Shown here piece by piece: positions 15,788-25,036 of a DNA stretch of 32,423 bases. The stretch lies in the NCBI GenBank assembly GCA_902784025.1, contig CACZTF010000102.1, positions 1-32,423 on the forward strand, given 5' to 3'. Position numbers and translations under genes: made by a program. The notes below the pieces were generated by a model that saw only the letters and a program-made list of their open reading frames with translations, was not told where the DNA came from and ran no database searches. The DNA is from an uncultured Lachnospiraceae bacterium. Lineage in GTDB: Bacteria; Bacillota; Clostridia; Lachnospirales; Lachnospiraceae. How positions within the stretch are numbered: position 1 is the first letter of the stretch; every line of letters begins with the position of its first letter.

Positions 15788-16735
15788 ATGACCGACAGAA
15801 GCTCATATATTACTGCCGCAAACCGTGTTATCCAACAGGTTAGTACTGCGGTTCTGGGAAAAAACGAAGAAATAGTTGAAGTTATGCTCACACTCCTGGC
15901 AGGCGGAAGCATACTGATTGAAGATATTCCGGGAGTGGGAAAGACTACCCTTGCCACTGCCTTTGCAAGATCAATGTCTCTGGATCATAAACGTGTCCAA
16001 TTTACTCCTGATCTGATGCCATCAGATCTCACGGGATTTTCTGTTTATGACAATACGAGTTCGGATTTTGTTTTTAAGCCGGGCGCAGTATTCTGCAACC
16101 TGCTTCTTGCCGATGAAATAAACAGAAGCTCACCGAAAACCCAGTCTGCTCTTTTGGAAGTTATGGAGGAAAAAAAGGTCAGCATAGACGGAAAGACCCA
16201 CCTTGTTCCTGAACCCTTTTTCGTAATAGCTACACAGAATCCATCAGGAAGTATAGGAACCCAGCTGTTGCCAGAGGCACAAACGGACCGCTTTATGACC
16301 TCACTTAAACTTGGATATCCGGACCGGGAGAGCGAGATACTTATCGCAAAAGGAGCCTCCGCAGAAAGCCGGACTGCACATCTTACGCCGGTTATAAACG
16401 CCGAACATCTTCTTGTCATGCAGGATGATATTTACAACATTTATATTAAAGATGAGCTTTACGGCTATATTTACGATCTTATCTCTGCAACAAGAACACA
16501 CCATAGTGTCAGCCGGGGTGCCAGTCCAAGAGCAAGTATCGCCCTTACGAAACTTGCAAAAGCCTCTGCATGGATCTCCGGCAGGGATTTTTGTACGCCG
16601 ACTGATATTGCAGAGCAATTCCTTTATTGTGTTCCTCACAGGATCATTTTACATAACGAAGCATATTTGGAAAATATAAGCACAGAAGACATCTGCCGCG
16701 ATATTCTCTCTTCCACATCAGCACCGGAGCTTTAA
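15788..16735 (+). CDS. MoxR-family AAA+ ATPase
   Basis: Walker A IPGVGKTTLA and Walker B LLADEINRSSPKTQSALLEVMEE, the typical AAA_3/MoxR layout. GAGGT is the SD. A candidate promoter is ACGACA, a 17-nt spacer, then TATAAT (15687-15692). Confidence 0.9.
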   Translation: MTDRSSYITAANRVIQQVSTAVLGKNEEIVEVMLTLLAGGSILIEDIPGVGKTTLATAFARSMSLDHKRVQFTPDLMPSDLTGFSVYDNTSSDFVFKPGAVFCNLLLADEINRSSPKTQSALLEVMEEKKVSIDGKTHLVPEPFFVIATQNPSGSIGTQLLPEAQTDRFMTSLKLGYPDRESEILIAKGASAESRTAHLTPVINAEHLLVMQDDIYNIYIKDELYGYIYDLISATRTHHSVSRGASPRASIALTKLAKASAWISGRDFCTPTDIAEQFLYCVPHRIILHNEAYLENISTEDICRDILSSTSAPEL

Positions 16736-16738
16736 GAT

Positions 16739-17815
16739 ATGGCAAGAAAGATAATTTTTCCGATAATAATATTTTTTACACTTTTAGCGGCTTCAAATGT
16801 ACGATCGCTTCCGCTGCTTACCCTGGCTTATGCGGAGATAATTTTTGCCGGTATTATGATAGTACTTTCTCTGTTCCAGAGAAACCGTCTGAATGTCAGA
16901 CCCGCCAGGAGCTTTTTAAGTTTTCAGAAAAACCATACAACTGACTGCAAAATACTGGTTGATAATGCCGGAATATTTCCGCTTAACCGTTTTTGTCTGG
17001 AAATGTCACATGGATATGACTCCTCCGATGAAAGTCCCATTGTGCTTTACGGTGGTACAGATAAAAAAGACGGATTCCTAAGTGTGAACATAGATAATAA
17101 GTTTTGTGGTATAAATATTCTCCGGTTAAATAAAGTAAAATGCTATGACTGGTTTTTGCTGTCATCCTTCTCAAAGAAGATCGATAAGACCGTAAAAATT
17201 GCAGTCCTTCCTGACGATAACCTGAAAATAAAAATGATCTTAAGCGAAAAACCTTATTTCGCAGAAACATGGTCATCTGAAGATCTGCCGGCCGTCTCAC
17301 GTAACAGCGGTACGGAGATCCGGGATATACGGCCTTATAGAGAAGGGGATACCATGCGGAGCATTTACTGGAAACAAAGTGCGAAGATGAATGAACTGTG
17401 GGTTAAGGAATTCACTGAAGATATTCAGTCCAGCCCTGTTATAGAGATCCCATCAGAGGATATATTAAGCCTGGATACTGAAACTTCAGACACTTTTTAC
17501 CGTATTTTTTACGCACTCCTTTCCGGTGTATATGATATATCAGGCAAATTCGTGTTGAGATGCACCCGTAGAAGCGGCGGGTATTTTGATCATTACATCA
17601 ACGATCTGCACTTACTGAAGCTTATACTTATATGTTTTTACAAAAATGATATCACACCTCTTAAAGATCATTATATTGAACAGGATATAGCACCTGTATT
17701 TGTTCTAAAGATAGATCCTTCGGATCTTTCTCTTATCAAAAACAGACAAGTTATAAAAAAATTTCATCCAAAGATCACAGATCAGGAAATAAACGAAACC
17801 GTTTTGATCATATAA
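16739..17815 (+). CDS. DUF58 family protein (partner of MoxR), with N-terminal TM helices
   Basis: The core IRDIRPYREGDTMRSIYWKQSAKMNELWVKEF matches the DUF58 signature. The gene starts 3 nt after the MoxR stop. Confidence 0.85.
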   Translation: MARKIIFPIIIFFTLLAASNVRSLPLLTLAYAEIIFAGIMIVLSLFQRNRLNVRPARSFLSFQKNHTTDCKILVDNAGIFPLNRFCLEMSHGYDSSDESPIVLYGGTDKKDGFLSVNIDNKFCGINILRLNKVKCYDWFLLSSFSKKIDKTVKIAVLPDDNLKIKMILSEKPYFAETWSSEDLPAVSRNSGTEIRDIRPYREGDTMRSIYWKQSAKMNELWVKEFTEDIQSSPVIEIPSEDILSLDTETSDTFYRIFYALLSGVYDISGKFVLRCTRRSGGYFDHYINDLHLLKLILICFYKNDITPLKDHYIEQDIAPVFVLKIDPSDLSLIKNRQVIKKFHPKITDQEINETVLII

Positions 17816-17880
17816 TATGCTCTTACATATCCTGTATGTAATATCAGGACACATTAAAAAACCGGTTAAAAAGATCATCC

Positions 17881-20181
17881 ATGACTGCTATTACAAAGGA
17901 GAACAGCTTGGAACAGCAAAAAACCTTAAAATCAGGAAAAGATCTTTACTCTCAGGCAGGCCACCTGCTCGGTGTTTTTTTCATGTGCCTTGGTGCTGCG
18001 GGTATGATATTAATGTCCGCTTCCGTTCCGGAGATCACTTTTTCGCCTGTTCCTTTGATCATAGTTTCATGTATTGTAATCTGTTCTCTGTATCTTTCGA
18101 ATTATTTTTCCAAGCCTCTGTTTTATGCAGTACTTGCAGCGATCGTCGTCTTTTCTGTCTTTTATATCATTTCAGACCGTGAACTTTTTTCAGCCCAATG
18201 GCAATTTCTTTTCGGCGGTATGATATCTGTATCAGAAGGCGAAACAGTTGATATAAGCCGTGTAGCTTTAATCCTGTCCGTGTTATTTTCACTTATTATT
18301 TTTTTCTTTGATGCGTTACTGAAGATACATGTCCTGTCTTTTTTCATCACAACTGCTTTTATCCTTATCCCAACTGTTTTCGGCTACTCGTTTCCGGCTT
18401 ATGCTATCATCATCACCGTTATATACCAGCTGGCTTTATTTATCCTTCCCATCAGCTTTAAAAAAAGCGCAGTCAAAACCGACAGATTACAGCAACGCAT
18501 CCGGGTAAAGAGTACTCTTTTTGCAGTGGCCGCAGCCTTATCAGCTCTTGCTATAGCCGCCCCCATTGCATTTGCTTCAAAAGAAAAAACTTTTGATGAT
18601 GTCACACGCATGGAAAATTCAGCACTGAACGAACTGGGGCTCAGCCCTTTCAGTCTTCTTTATAATAACGAGGGCAATATAAACAAAGGCAACAATGAAA
18701 AAAATGGTGTTATCACCTTGCGTTTATCTGCAGACCGGTCACCTACAGAATCTGTGTATATGAGAGGATATTTCGGCGGTAATTATTATGGTGATCACTG
18801 GGATGCCCCTACAGATAACGTAATATTTGAAACCTTATCTGCATCATCCGATATATCAAATGATGCATCTGTTCTGGAATCTGTTTATAACTCACTGCGT
18901 TATCTGACAAGCTCGGAAAATAACGGAAATGATTCCTCCGCTATTTCCCTGAATGTCCGCAACCTGAACATAAACCGTTCCATTATCTTCCGTCCCTATA
19001 ATTCAAGCGAAGAAAATACTTCAGGAAATTCCTATTCTTTTAAATACTATGAATATAAGGATCTGAACATGGGCTTTTCTGACAATGATCCTGAGAATCT
19101 TATTTCTTTCCGTAAGTTTTTCAGGGACTATTATGCCGATGCTTATGATAATTACACTTACGTCACTGCTGAATCAATACCTTTACTAAAACAGCTGGTA
19201 AACGACAATCCTCTGGAGGATCCTGCAGAAATAACTAATTTTATAATTAAAACTCTTGATGAACATGCGGAATATACACTTAATCCCGGAAATGCGCCTG
19301 AAGGTTCAGACACTGTTGATTATTTCCTGTTTGAAAACCACAAGGGGTATTGCCAACAGTTTGCTTCTGCTGCTGTCCTTATGTACAGACTATATGGCAT
19401 TCCTGCACGTTATGCCACCGGATTCAGAGTGAAGGCCGGTGATTTCACAACAAAAGAAGGATCTTCCGTATACGAAGCCACGGTTACCGATAACAGCGCT
19501 CATGCATGGCCTGAAATACTTCTTCCGGAATACGGATGGGTTCCTGTGGAAGTAACGCCTTCAGAAGACCGGGGCATTTCAGGAAATGGTCTTACCCCTG
19601 AAAACGATCCTCTGTCTTCCGATTACGATCCTGTGCCGCCTGCCACCACGCAATCTGAAATCTCTGCCGAAACAGAAGCTCAGAAAGAAGACACTGTGAA
19701 AGACGATATCCCTGATGAGGACTCAGGTGATAAAGATGTTCCCGGAACAAACGCTTCTTCATCATCTTCCGATAAAGATCCTTCCGGAGATAAAAAGGCT
19801 GTTAACATCCTCCCCTGGCTCATTCCCCTGATCGCAGCCGGAGCTATTGTCGCCGCCTTTTTTGCCTTTAAAAATAAAAAGACTTCTGCAGAAGGGCTCA
19901 GCTTTGAAAAAACGTATAGAAAACTCAGGATACTGCTTAAAAACGCCCCTGAACCTGTTACATGTCCATTTTATTCCAGGGAATTCCCGGATCAGCTCAA
20001 AAAAGCAGTACCTGTTCTTACAAAAGAAGAAGCTTTGTCTGCATATGAGAATATATTAAGCGCCCTGTATAGTAAAAAAGGAGCAGATGATTCCTGTACA
20101 GCTGAATTGCGCAGGATTTATGGCAAATGTTCCGATCATATCCTGCCAAAACTTCCTGCTCTCAAGAAGATACTATTATGA
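17881..20181 (+). CDS. Transglutaminase-like multi-pass membrane protein (TgpA-like)
   Basis: The N-terminus is polytopic. The TGase core is GYCQQFASAAVLMYRLYGIPARYATGF ... SAHAWPEILLPEYGWVPVEVTP. An acidic/Ser-rich linker, a TM helix and a C-terminal domain follow. The start is uncertain because there is no clear SD. Confidence 0.85.
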   Translation: MTAITKENSLEQQKTLKSGKDLYSQAGHLLGVFFMCLGAAGMILMSASVPEITFSPVPLIIVSCIVICSLYLSNYFSKPLFYAVLAAIVVFSVFYIISDRELFSAQWQFLFGGMISVSEGETVDISRVALILSVLFSLIIFFFDALLKIHVLSFFITTAFILIPTVFGYSFPAYAIIITVIYQLALFILPISFKKSAVKTDRLQQRIRVKSTLFAVAAALSALAIAAPIAFASKEKTFDDVTRMENSALNELGLSPFSLLYNNEGNINKGNNEKNGVITLRLSADRSPTESVYMRGYFGGNYYGDHWDAPTDNVIFETLSASSDISNDASVLESVYNSLRYLTSSENNGNDSSAISLNVRNLNINRSIIFRPYNSSEENTSGNSYSFKYYEYKDLNMGFSDNDPENLISFRKFFRDYYADAYDNYTYVTAESIPLLKQLVNDNPLEDPAEITNFIIKTLDEHAEYTLNPGNAPEGSDTVDYFLFENHKGYCQQFASAAVLMYRLYGIPARYATGFRVKAGDFTTKEGSSVYEATVTDNSAHAWPEILLPEYGWVPVEVTPSEDRGISGNGLTPENDPLSSDYDPVPPATTQSEISAETEAQKEDTVKDDIPDEDSGDKDVPGTNASSSSSDKDPSGDKKAVNILPWLIPLIAAGAIVAAFFAFKNKKTSAEGLSFEKTYRKLRILLKNAPEPVTCPFYSREFPDQLKKAVPVLTKEEALSAYENILSALYSKKGADDSCTAELRRIYGKCSDHILPKLPALKKILL

Positions 20182-20243
20182 AAAACGATCAAATTATCAT
20201 TATTATCTAAGGGAAACTTGTCAGAACTGACAAATGCTTTAAC

Positions 20244-20277
20244 AAAAAAAGGAGCCTCGTAACGAAACGGACTCCCT
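20244..20277 (-). terminator. Rho-independent terminator downstream of tRNA-Leu
   Basis: Minus-strand RNA: GGAGUCCG-loop-CGAGGCUCC (one bulge, one G.U) followed by UUUUUUU. Confidence 0.65.
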
Positions 20278-20291
20278 GAAAAACATGATAG

Positions 20292-20376
20292 TGCGGAAGA
20301 TGAGACTTGAACTCACACGTGGAAAACCCACACAAGAACCTGAATCTTGCTCGTCTGCCAATTCCGACACTTCCGC
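20292..20376 (-). tRNA. trnL: tRNA-Leu (anticodon CAG), long variable arm
   Basis: Reverse complement: GCGGAAG...CAAGA-TTCAGGT-TCTTG...variable arm TGTGGGTTTTCCACG...GAGTTCAAGTCTCATCTTCCGCA. The acceptor is GCGGAAG/CTTCCGC and the discriminator is A. Confidence 0.92.
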
Positions 20377-20403
20377 ATATAGCCCAAAAGGGCTAACTTG
20401 CAC

Positions 20404-20432
20404 ATTATACATATAATAAAAACTAATGTCAA
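20404..20432 (-). promoter_or_regulatory. Consensus sigma-A promoter of tRNA-Leu
   Basis: The minus strand reads TTGACA (20432-20427), a 17-nt spacer, then TATAAT (20409-20404). The -35 element overlaps the lipid-kinase stop codon (20431-20429). Confidence 0.65.
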
Positions 20433-21367
20433 CCGTCCTGTGGCTTCTTACCTTTCTTATACTCCACAACCGGCTCCTCGTCCCTGATTATGAAATCTAT
20501 AGCGGAAGGAAGCAGATCGATCTCTGCCTCTGAACAACTTCCGCCGTATTCACCGTCGAGAGTCCATTTTACAGATTCTTTGAATACAAATTTCGCCTTG
20601 GTGGTCTCAACTATCTGAATATTGTCTTTATTCATATAATCCTGGGCAATAGCAGCACCGAACAGAATAGGAATATCCAACGGATTCCTTATCTCTTTTA
20701 TAAGTGCCACGGAAAACTTGCCGTCATGAAGGTCTGTATGCATTCCGGTCAGCTTAAAATTCCCAACAAACTTGGAGTTGCATGCCATACCGAAAAGATA
20801 TTTACCTTCTATTACTCCGCCGTCGTGCTCTACCTTCAGCTCATAAGGACGCAGGTTTGCCAGTGCTTTTACAGCACTTACACCATAGGCTGTCTGTCCC
20901 ATAACCTTTTTCAGGTTCTGTGGAGTGTCATATGCTATTTCTGTAAATGCACCAAACGCAGCTACATAGTTAAAGTTATGCTTTTTATTAAACTTGCCGA
21001 TATCAAATGAAACAGGCTTTCCTTCCACGATCACCTCTGCAGCTTTCACCATATCCGAAGGAATACCAAGATTAGAAGCCCAGTCATTCATAGTACCTCC
21101 GGGGATATATCCCAAAGGGGTCTTCAGACCGCTGTCGAGCAAAGCTCCTACTACTTCATTCAGAGTTCCGTCACCCCCGCAGCATACTATCACGTCATAT
21201 TCAGCTGCATGGTCGACCACATAATCATGCGCATCCCTTTTGGCTTTTGTGGGATATACCGTTACCAGATATCCTCCATAAGAAAGCTTTTGTAAAACCT
21301 TGTTCAGAAAACCGGTTATCCTCCCCCTTCCGGCATGGGGATTGAAAACAAATAATAATCTTTTCAT
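20429..21367 (-). CDS. Diacylglycerol/lipid kinase family protein (YegS/BmrU-like)
   Basis: N-terminus LLFVFNPHAGRG and the VCCGGDGTLNEVV motif. ATG 21367 lies 2 nt after the aminotransferase stop. The alternative GTG 21373 overlaps that stop. Confidence 0.88.
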   Translation of the reverse strand: MKRLLFVFNPHAGRGRITGFLNKVLQKLSYGGYLVTVYPTKAKRDAHDYVVDHAAEYDVIVCCGGDGTLNEVVGALLDSGLKTPLGYIPGGTMNDWASNLGIPSDMVKAAEVIVEGKPVSFDIGKFNKKHNFNYVAAFGAFTEIAYDTPQNLKKVMGQTAYGVSAVKALANLRPYELKVEHDGGVIEGKYLFGMACNSKFVGNFKLTGMHTDLHDGKFSVALIKEIRNPLDIPILFGAAIAQDYMNKDNIQIVETTKAKFVFKESVKWTLDGEYGGSCSEAEIDLLPSAIDFIIRDEEPVVEYKKGKKPQDG

Positions 21368-21369
21368 AA

Positions 21370-22587
21370 TCACACCTGCTTATACTCAGCGAAAAATTCC
21401 TTCATACCAGTCATACATTTTTTCAATACCGCTACATCAGGTAAAAATACTATCCTGAAATGGTCCGGTTCTGTCCAGTGGAATCCGCCCCCGTGGGTTA
21501 CCAGAACCTTTTTCTGCTTAAGAAGATCAAGCGCAAATTTCTCATCATCGGAAATATTAAACTTTTTTATATCCATCCTTGGGAAAATATAAAAAGCCGC
21601 TTCCGGTTTTACTGCTGACAATCCGGGTATTTCGCAGATAGCATTATATATGAGTTCTCTCTGCTCATATATCCTGCCCCCCGGCTCCATAAGATCCTTT
21701 CCGGTATCGACAAGCTCAAGAGCTTTCGGAATTATAGACTGAGCCTGTACATTTGAACAAAGACGCATGGATGAGAGAAGATTTATGCCGTCTATATATC
21801 CTTTTGCATTTGTCTTGTCACCGCTTATGACCATCCATCCTGCACGGTATCCCGCAACGAGATGCGACTTAGACAATCCGTTAAATGTTACTACCGGCAT
21901 ATCCGGTGCAAGCGATGCTATGGATATGTGTTTTTTCCCGTCAAAGACCAGTCTGTCATATATCTCATCAGAAAAGATCATAAGAGAATTTTTTCTTGCT
22001 ATATCAGCTATTCTTTCCAGGATATCCTTGCTGTAAAGAGCGCCCGTCGGGTTATTAGGATTAATGATCACTATACCGCGGGTGTTTTTATTCACTTTAG
22101 ACAATATGTCATCTATATCGGGATACCATCCGGCCTTTTCATCACATATATAATGTACGGCCGTTCCGCCCGCCATGGTCACAGATGCCGTCCAGAGCGG
22201 ATAGTCCGGAGCAGGTACCAGTATTTCATCTCCCGGATTCAAAAGCCCGTTCATCGCCAGAGAGATAAGCTCACTGACCCCGTTCCCTGTATAAATATCA
22301 TCGACTGACACTCCGGTTATATTTTTCTTATCACAATACCCTGCAATAGCTTCCCTGGCATTCAAAAGGCCTTTGGAGTCTGAATAACCTTCTGAATCGA
22401 CAAGATGTGCACTCATTTCCTCTACTATCGCATCAGGTGTCCGGAAACCGAATGGCGCTGGATTTCCTATATTCAGTTTCAATATATCCATCCCGTCTGC
22501 ACTCATCCTGTTTGCTTCATCCATTACCGGACCTCTGATATCATAACAAACATTGTCTAATTTTGCAGATTTGTTGAAAAATCTCAT
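21370..22587 (-). CDS. alaA: Class I PLP-dependent aminotransferase, AlaA-type (glutamate-pyruvate)
   Basis: The N-terminus KSAKLDNVCYDIRGPV...LKLNIGNPAPFGF closely resembles my recollection of the E. coli AlaA/YfbQ N-terminus. The PLP-Lys motif is NGLSKSHLVAGYRAGW. AAGAGG is the SD. Confidence 0.85.
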   Translation of the reverse strand: MRFFNKSAKLDNVCYDIRGPVMDEANRMSADGMDILKLNIGNPAPFGFRTPDAIVEEMSAHLVDSEGYSDSKGLLNAREAIAGYCDKKNITGVSVDDIYTGNGVSELISLAMNGLLNPGDEILVPAPDYPLWTASVTMAGGTAVHYICDEKAGWYPDIDDILSKVNKNTRGIVIINPNNPTGALYSKDILERIADIARKNSLMIFSDEIYDRLVFDGKKHISIASLAPDMPVVTFNGLSKSHLVAGYRAGWMVISGDKTNAKGYIDGINLLSSMRLCSNVQAQSIIPKALELVDTGKDLMEPGGRIYEQRELIYNAICEIPGLSAVKPEAAFYIFPRMDIKKFNISDDEKFALDLLKQKKVLVTHGGGFHWTEPDHFRIVFLPDVAVLKKCMTGMKEFFAEYKQV

Positions 22588-22692
22588 AAATACCTCTTAA
22601 TACTTTTGACCACTATTTAAAAGCTAATACTTTCTCAACACCGGCTTTCCTTTTACCTGTGTTATCCGGTTTTTGTCTTTGCTAACACACAA

Positions 22693-22741
22693 GGACGTAT
22701 CCCTTGTCCCGGCATCAGATCCCGGACAATAAAATACGTCC
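22693..22741 (-). terminator. Long two-tier hairpin in the pckA-alaA spacer (probable pckA terminator, or an attenuator-like element)
   Basis: Minus-strand RNA: GGACGUAU-UUUA-UUGUCCGG-GAUCUGAUG-CCGGGACAA-GGG-AUACGUCC followed by UUGUGUGUU. A competing hairpin is ACAAGG-GAUACGU-CCUUGU (22707-22689). Confidence 0.4.
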
Positions 22742-22871
22742 CTTATTATCATTATCAGCCCCTCCCGGCGGGATCCGGTCACCGTAAAACCCACGGGCAG
22801 CAGTTTTGATCAATCCTTCCGAAGACCACACATAAGGTTATTTAACGGCTGTGTCCGTGTATGGGCTCTTT

Positions 22872-24452
22872 TCACGCCTTAGGACCTGCATTCTTTATCT
22901 CGTCAGGCATGTTAGGATATTTCTTTTCAAAGTTTTCGGCAAACATGGCTGCAAGCTTTTTAGCCTGTTCATCATATGCCGTTTTATCTGCCCAGGTATC
23001 CCTGGGATTCAATATTTCAGAAGGAACATCCGGACATTTTGTGGGAATATCCAGATTAAAAACATCATCATGGATATATTCCACGTTCTTAAGATCCCCG
23101 TTCAGTGCCGCAGTAACCATAGCCCTTGTAAAAGCAAGCTTCATCCTGTGTCCTGTTCCGTAAGGACCCCCTGACCATCCTGTATTAACAAGATAAACAT
23201 CCGTACCGTATTTTTCCAGTCTGTCTCCCAGCATCTTTGCATATACAGAAGCATCCATAGGCATAAATGGTTCACCGAAAAGTGTGGAGAATGTGGGCTG
23301 CGGTTCAGTAACCCCTCTCTCGGTTCCTGCTAGCTTAGAGGTAAATCCTGTAACAAAATGATACATGGCCGCCTCCTGGGAAAGCTTAGAAATAGGGGGA
23401 AGTACGCCAAATGCATCTGCTGTAAGGAAAAGAACTACCTTTGGTACTCCACCTACTCCCGGTATCTGTGCATTTGAGATAAAATCAATAGGATAACCGA
23501 CCCTCGTATTCTCAGTAATGGAACCGTCATAATAATCCGGTACCCTGTTTTCATCAACAACAACATTCTCAACCAAAGCACCGAATTTGATAGCATGATA
23601 GATTTCCGGTTCTTTCTCTTCTTCAAGATCTATACATTTAGCAAAGCATCCGCCTTCGAAATTAAATACTCCTTCATCGCCCCATCCATGCTCATCATCA
23701 CCAATGAGCTTTCTGTTGGGATCTGCACTCAAGGTAGTCTTTCCTGTTCCTGAAAGCCCGAAGAAAACTGCAGTTTCATTCGTATCAGGGTCCATATTGG
23801 CAGAACAGTGCATGGGAAGAACATCATCCTCGACAGGCATGATAAAATTCATAACTGAAAATACAGATTTTTTGATCTCACCGGAATACTGCGAACCGGC
23901 AATGATCACAAACTTTGCTTCATAATCCACCATGATAGCAGCTTCGGAATTTATACCGAACTTTTCCGGGTCGCATTTATATCCGGGTGCCACAAGAAGA
24001 GTGAAATCAGCTTCACCGAACCCGGAAAGTTCTTCATCTGAAGGACGTATGAGAAGATCCCTGATAAAAAGATTCTGTGATGGAAGTTCATTAATGACTC
24101 TGAATTTTCTCTTATGTTTTTCATCGGCTCCTGCAAAGCCATCAAAAATATATATCTCTTTACCTTCCAGATATTTTATCATCTCAGCCTTTATAGCATC
24201 AAAGGTCTCTCTGGATACAGGCATGTTCACACTGCCCCATGCGATCTTGTCATGAATGCCGGGAGTATCAACGATAAACTTATCTTTCGGAGATCTTCCG
24301 GTATACTTACCTGTGTTTACCAGAAGAGCCCCTGAATCCATAAGCTGACCTTCGCCTGAAGCAAGTGCTTTCTCCACTAGTACAGCCGGTGCAAGATTTC
24401 TGTATATAGCAGACGGGTTAAGACCCAGCTTGTCTAATCCGTAATATTCCAT
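22872..24452 (-). CDS. pckA: Phosphoenolpyruvate carboxykinase (ATP)
   Basis: Kinase-1a motif FFGLSGTGKTTLS, with full-length similarity to ATP-dependent PEPCK. GGAGG is the SD. Confidence 0.95.
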   Translation of the reverse strand: MEYYGLDKLGLNPSAIYRNLAPAVLVEKALASGEGQLMDSGALLVNTGKYTGRSPKDKFIVDTPGIHDKIAWGSVNMPVSRETFDAIKAEMIKYLEGKEIYIFDGFAGADEKHKRKFRVINELPSQNLFIRDLLIRPSDEELSGFGEADFTLLVAPGYKCDPEKFGINSEAAIMVDYEAKFVIIAGSQYSGEIKKSVFSVMNFIMPVEDDVLPMHCSANMDPDTNETAVFFGLSGTGKTTLSADPNRKLIGDDEHGWGDEGVFNFEGGCFAKCIDLEEEKEPEIYHAIKFGALVENVVVDENRVPDYYDGSITENTRVGYPIDFISNAQIPGVGGVPKVVLFLTADAFGVLPPISKLSQEAAMYHFVTGFTSKLAGTERGVTEPQPTFSTLFGEPFMPMDASVYAKMLGDRLEKYGTDVYLVNTGWSGGPYGTGHRMKLAFTRAMVTAALNGDLKNVEYIHDDVFNLDIPTKCPDVPSEILNPRDTWADKTAYDEQAKKLAAMFAENFEKKYPNMPDEIKNAGPKA

Positions 24453-24536
24453 TAGTTTTTTCCTCCGTATGTTCTGTCTGTATTATCATATTAACGCAGT
24501 CCATAAATCTTTCTGCCGGACGCTTTTATGACAAAA

Positions 24537-24588
24537 TGCTATTGCTTTCAACTCGTTGCATTATACTATAATATGAAGCAAAAGTAAA
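24537..24588 (-). promoter_or_regulatory. Candidate pckA promoter plus a cre-like site
   Basis: The minus strand reads TTTACT (24588-24583), a 17-nt spacer, then TATAAT (24565-24560). Just downstream, TTGAAAGCAATAGCA (24551-24537) matches WTGNAANCGNWNNCW except at the central G. Confidence 0.4.
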
Positions 24589-24784
24589 ACAAAATCACTC
24601 ATATAACTGAACTTTATTACTTCATTGGTTTTTAAAATTTAATTATATTTGCTTTTTCTTAAAAATTATTAATTATATTTGTCATTTGCAGAATTAAAGG
24701 TTAATATTAGCAGGTTTTATGTTATAATGACTTTCATCGTTATTTATGTTCACCTCAACAATGATCAAGGAGTAAAACAGTAAA

Positions 24785-25036
24785 ATGGACGCAAAACGAA
24801 TACTTGCCATTATAGGATTATGTGCCTGGGGAGCTCTTATCATAACAACGATAATAGTAGCTTTTATAGTGGACGAAAAAACTCACGCCTTATTTAACGG
24901 TCTGATCGCAGCCGACATAATCCTGCCCGTACTGATATGGGTACTCCTTATGATCGGCCGCGCCGTCAAAAGAAGGCGTGAGCAGTATTCAGAGTTTGAA
25001 AATAACAGCCATGAAGAAGACAACAACAAAAAATGA
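24785..25036 (+). CDS. Small membrane protein (83 aa, two TM helices, acidic tail)
   Basis: AAGGAG lies 12 nt before the ATG. Two hydrophobic spans are followed by KRRREQYSEFENNSHEEDNNKK. Confidence 0.55.
   Translation: MDAKRILAIIGLCAWGALIITTIIVAFIVDEKTHALFNGLIAADIILPVLIWVLLMIGRAVKRRREQYSEFENNSHEEDNNKK

Noticed and set aside
20239-20469. A 76-aa ORF, and similarly the ORF 14512..14727.
   Set aside because: They overlap tRNA-Leu and tRNA-Trp respectively and are spurious reading frames through tRNA genes.
22741-22758. A Fur/PerR-like box, TGATAATGATAATAA (12/14 to the 7-1-7 consensus), in the pckA-alaA spacer.
   Set aside because: It lies upstream of the long hairpin, apparently inside the pckA 3' UTR rather than at a promoter. 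AT-rich GATAAT repeats arise easily by chance.
22700-22790. Partial resemblance to a TPP riboswitch (GGGGCTGA...GGATCTGATGCCGGGACAAGGGA versus CTGAGA...CCTGATCTGGATAATGCCAGCGTAGGGA).
   Set aside because: The invariant CUGAGA and ACCC elements and the P4/P5 pairing are not present, and an aminotransferase is not a plausible TPP-regulated gene.
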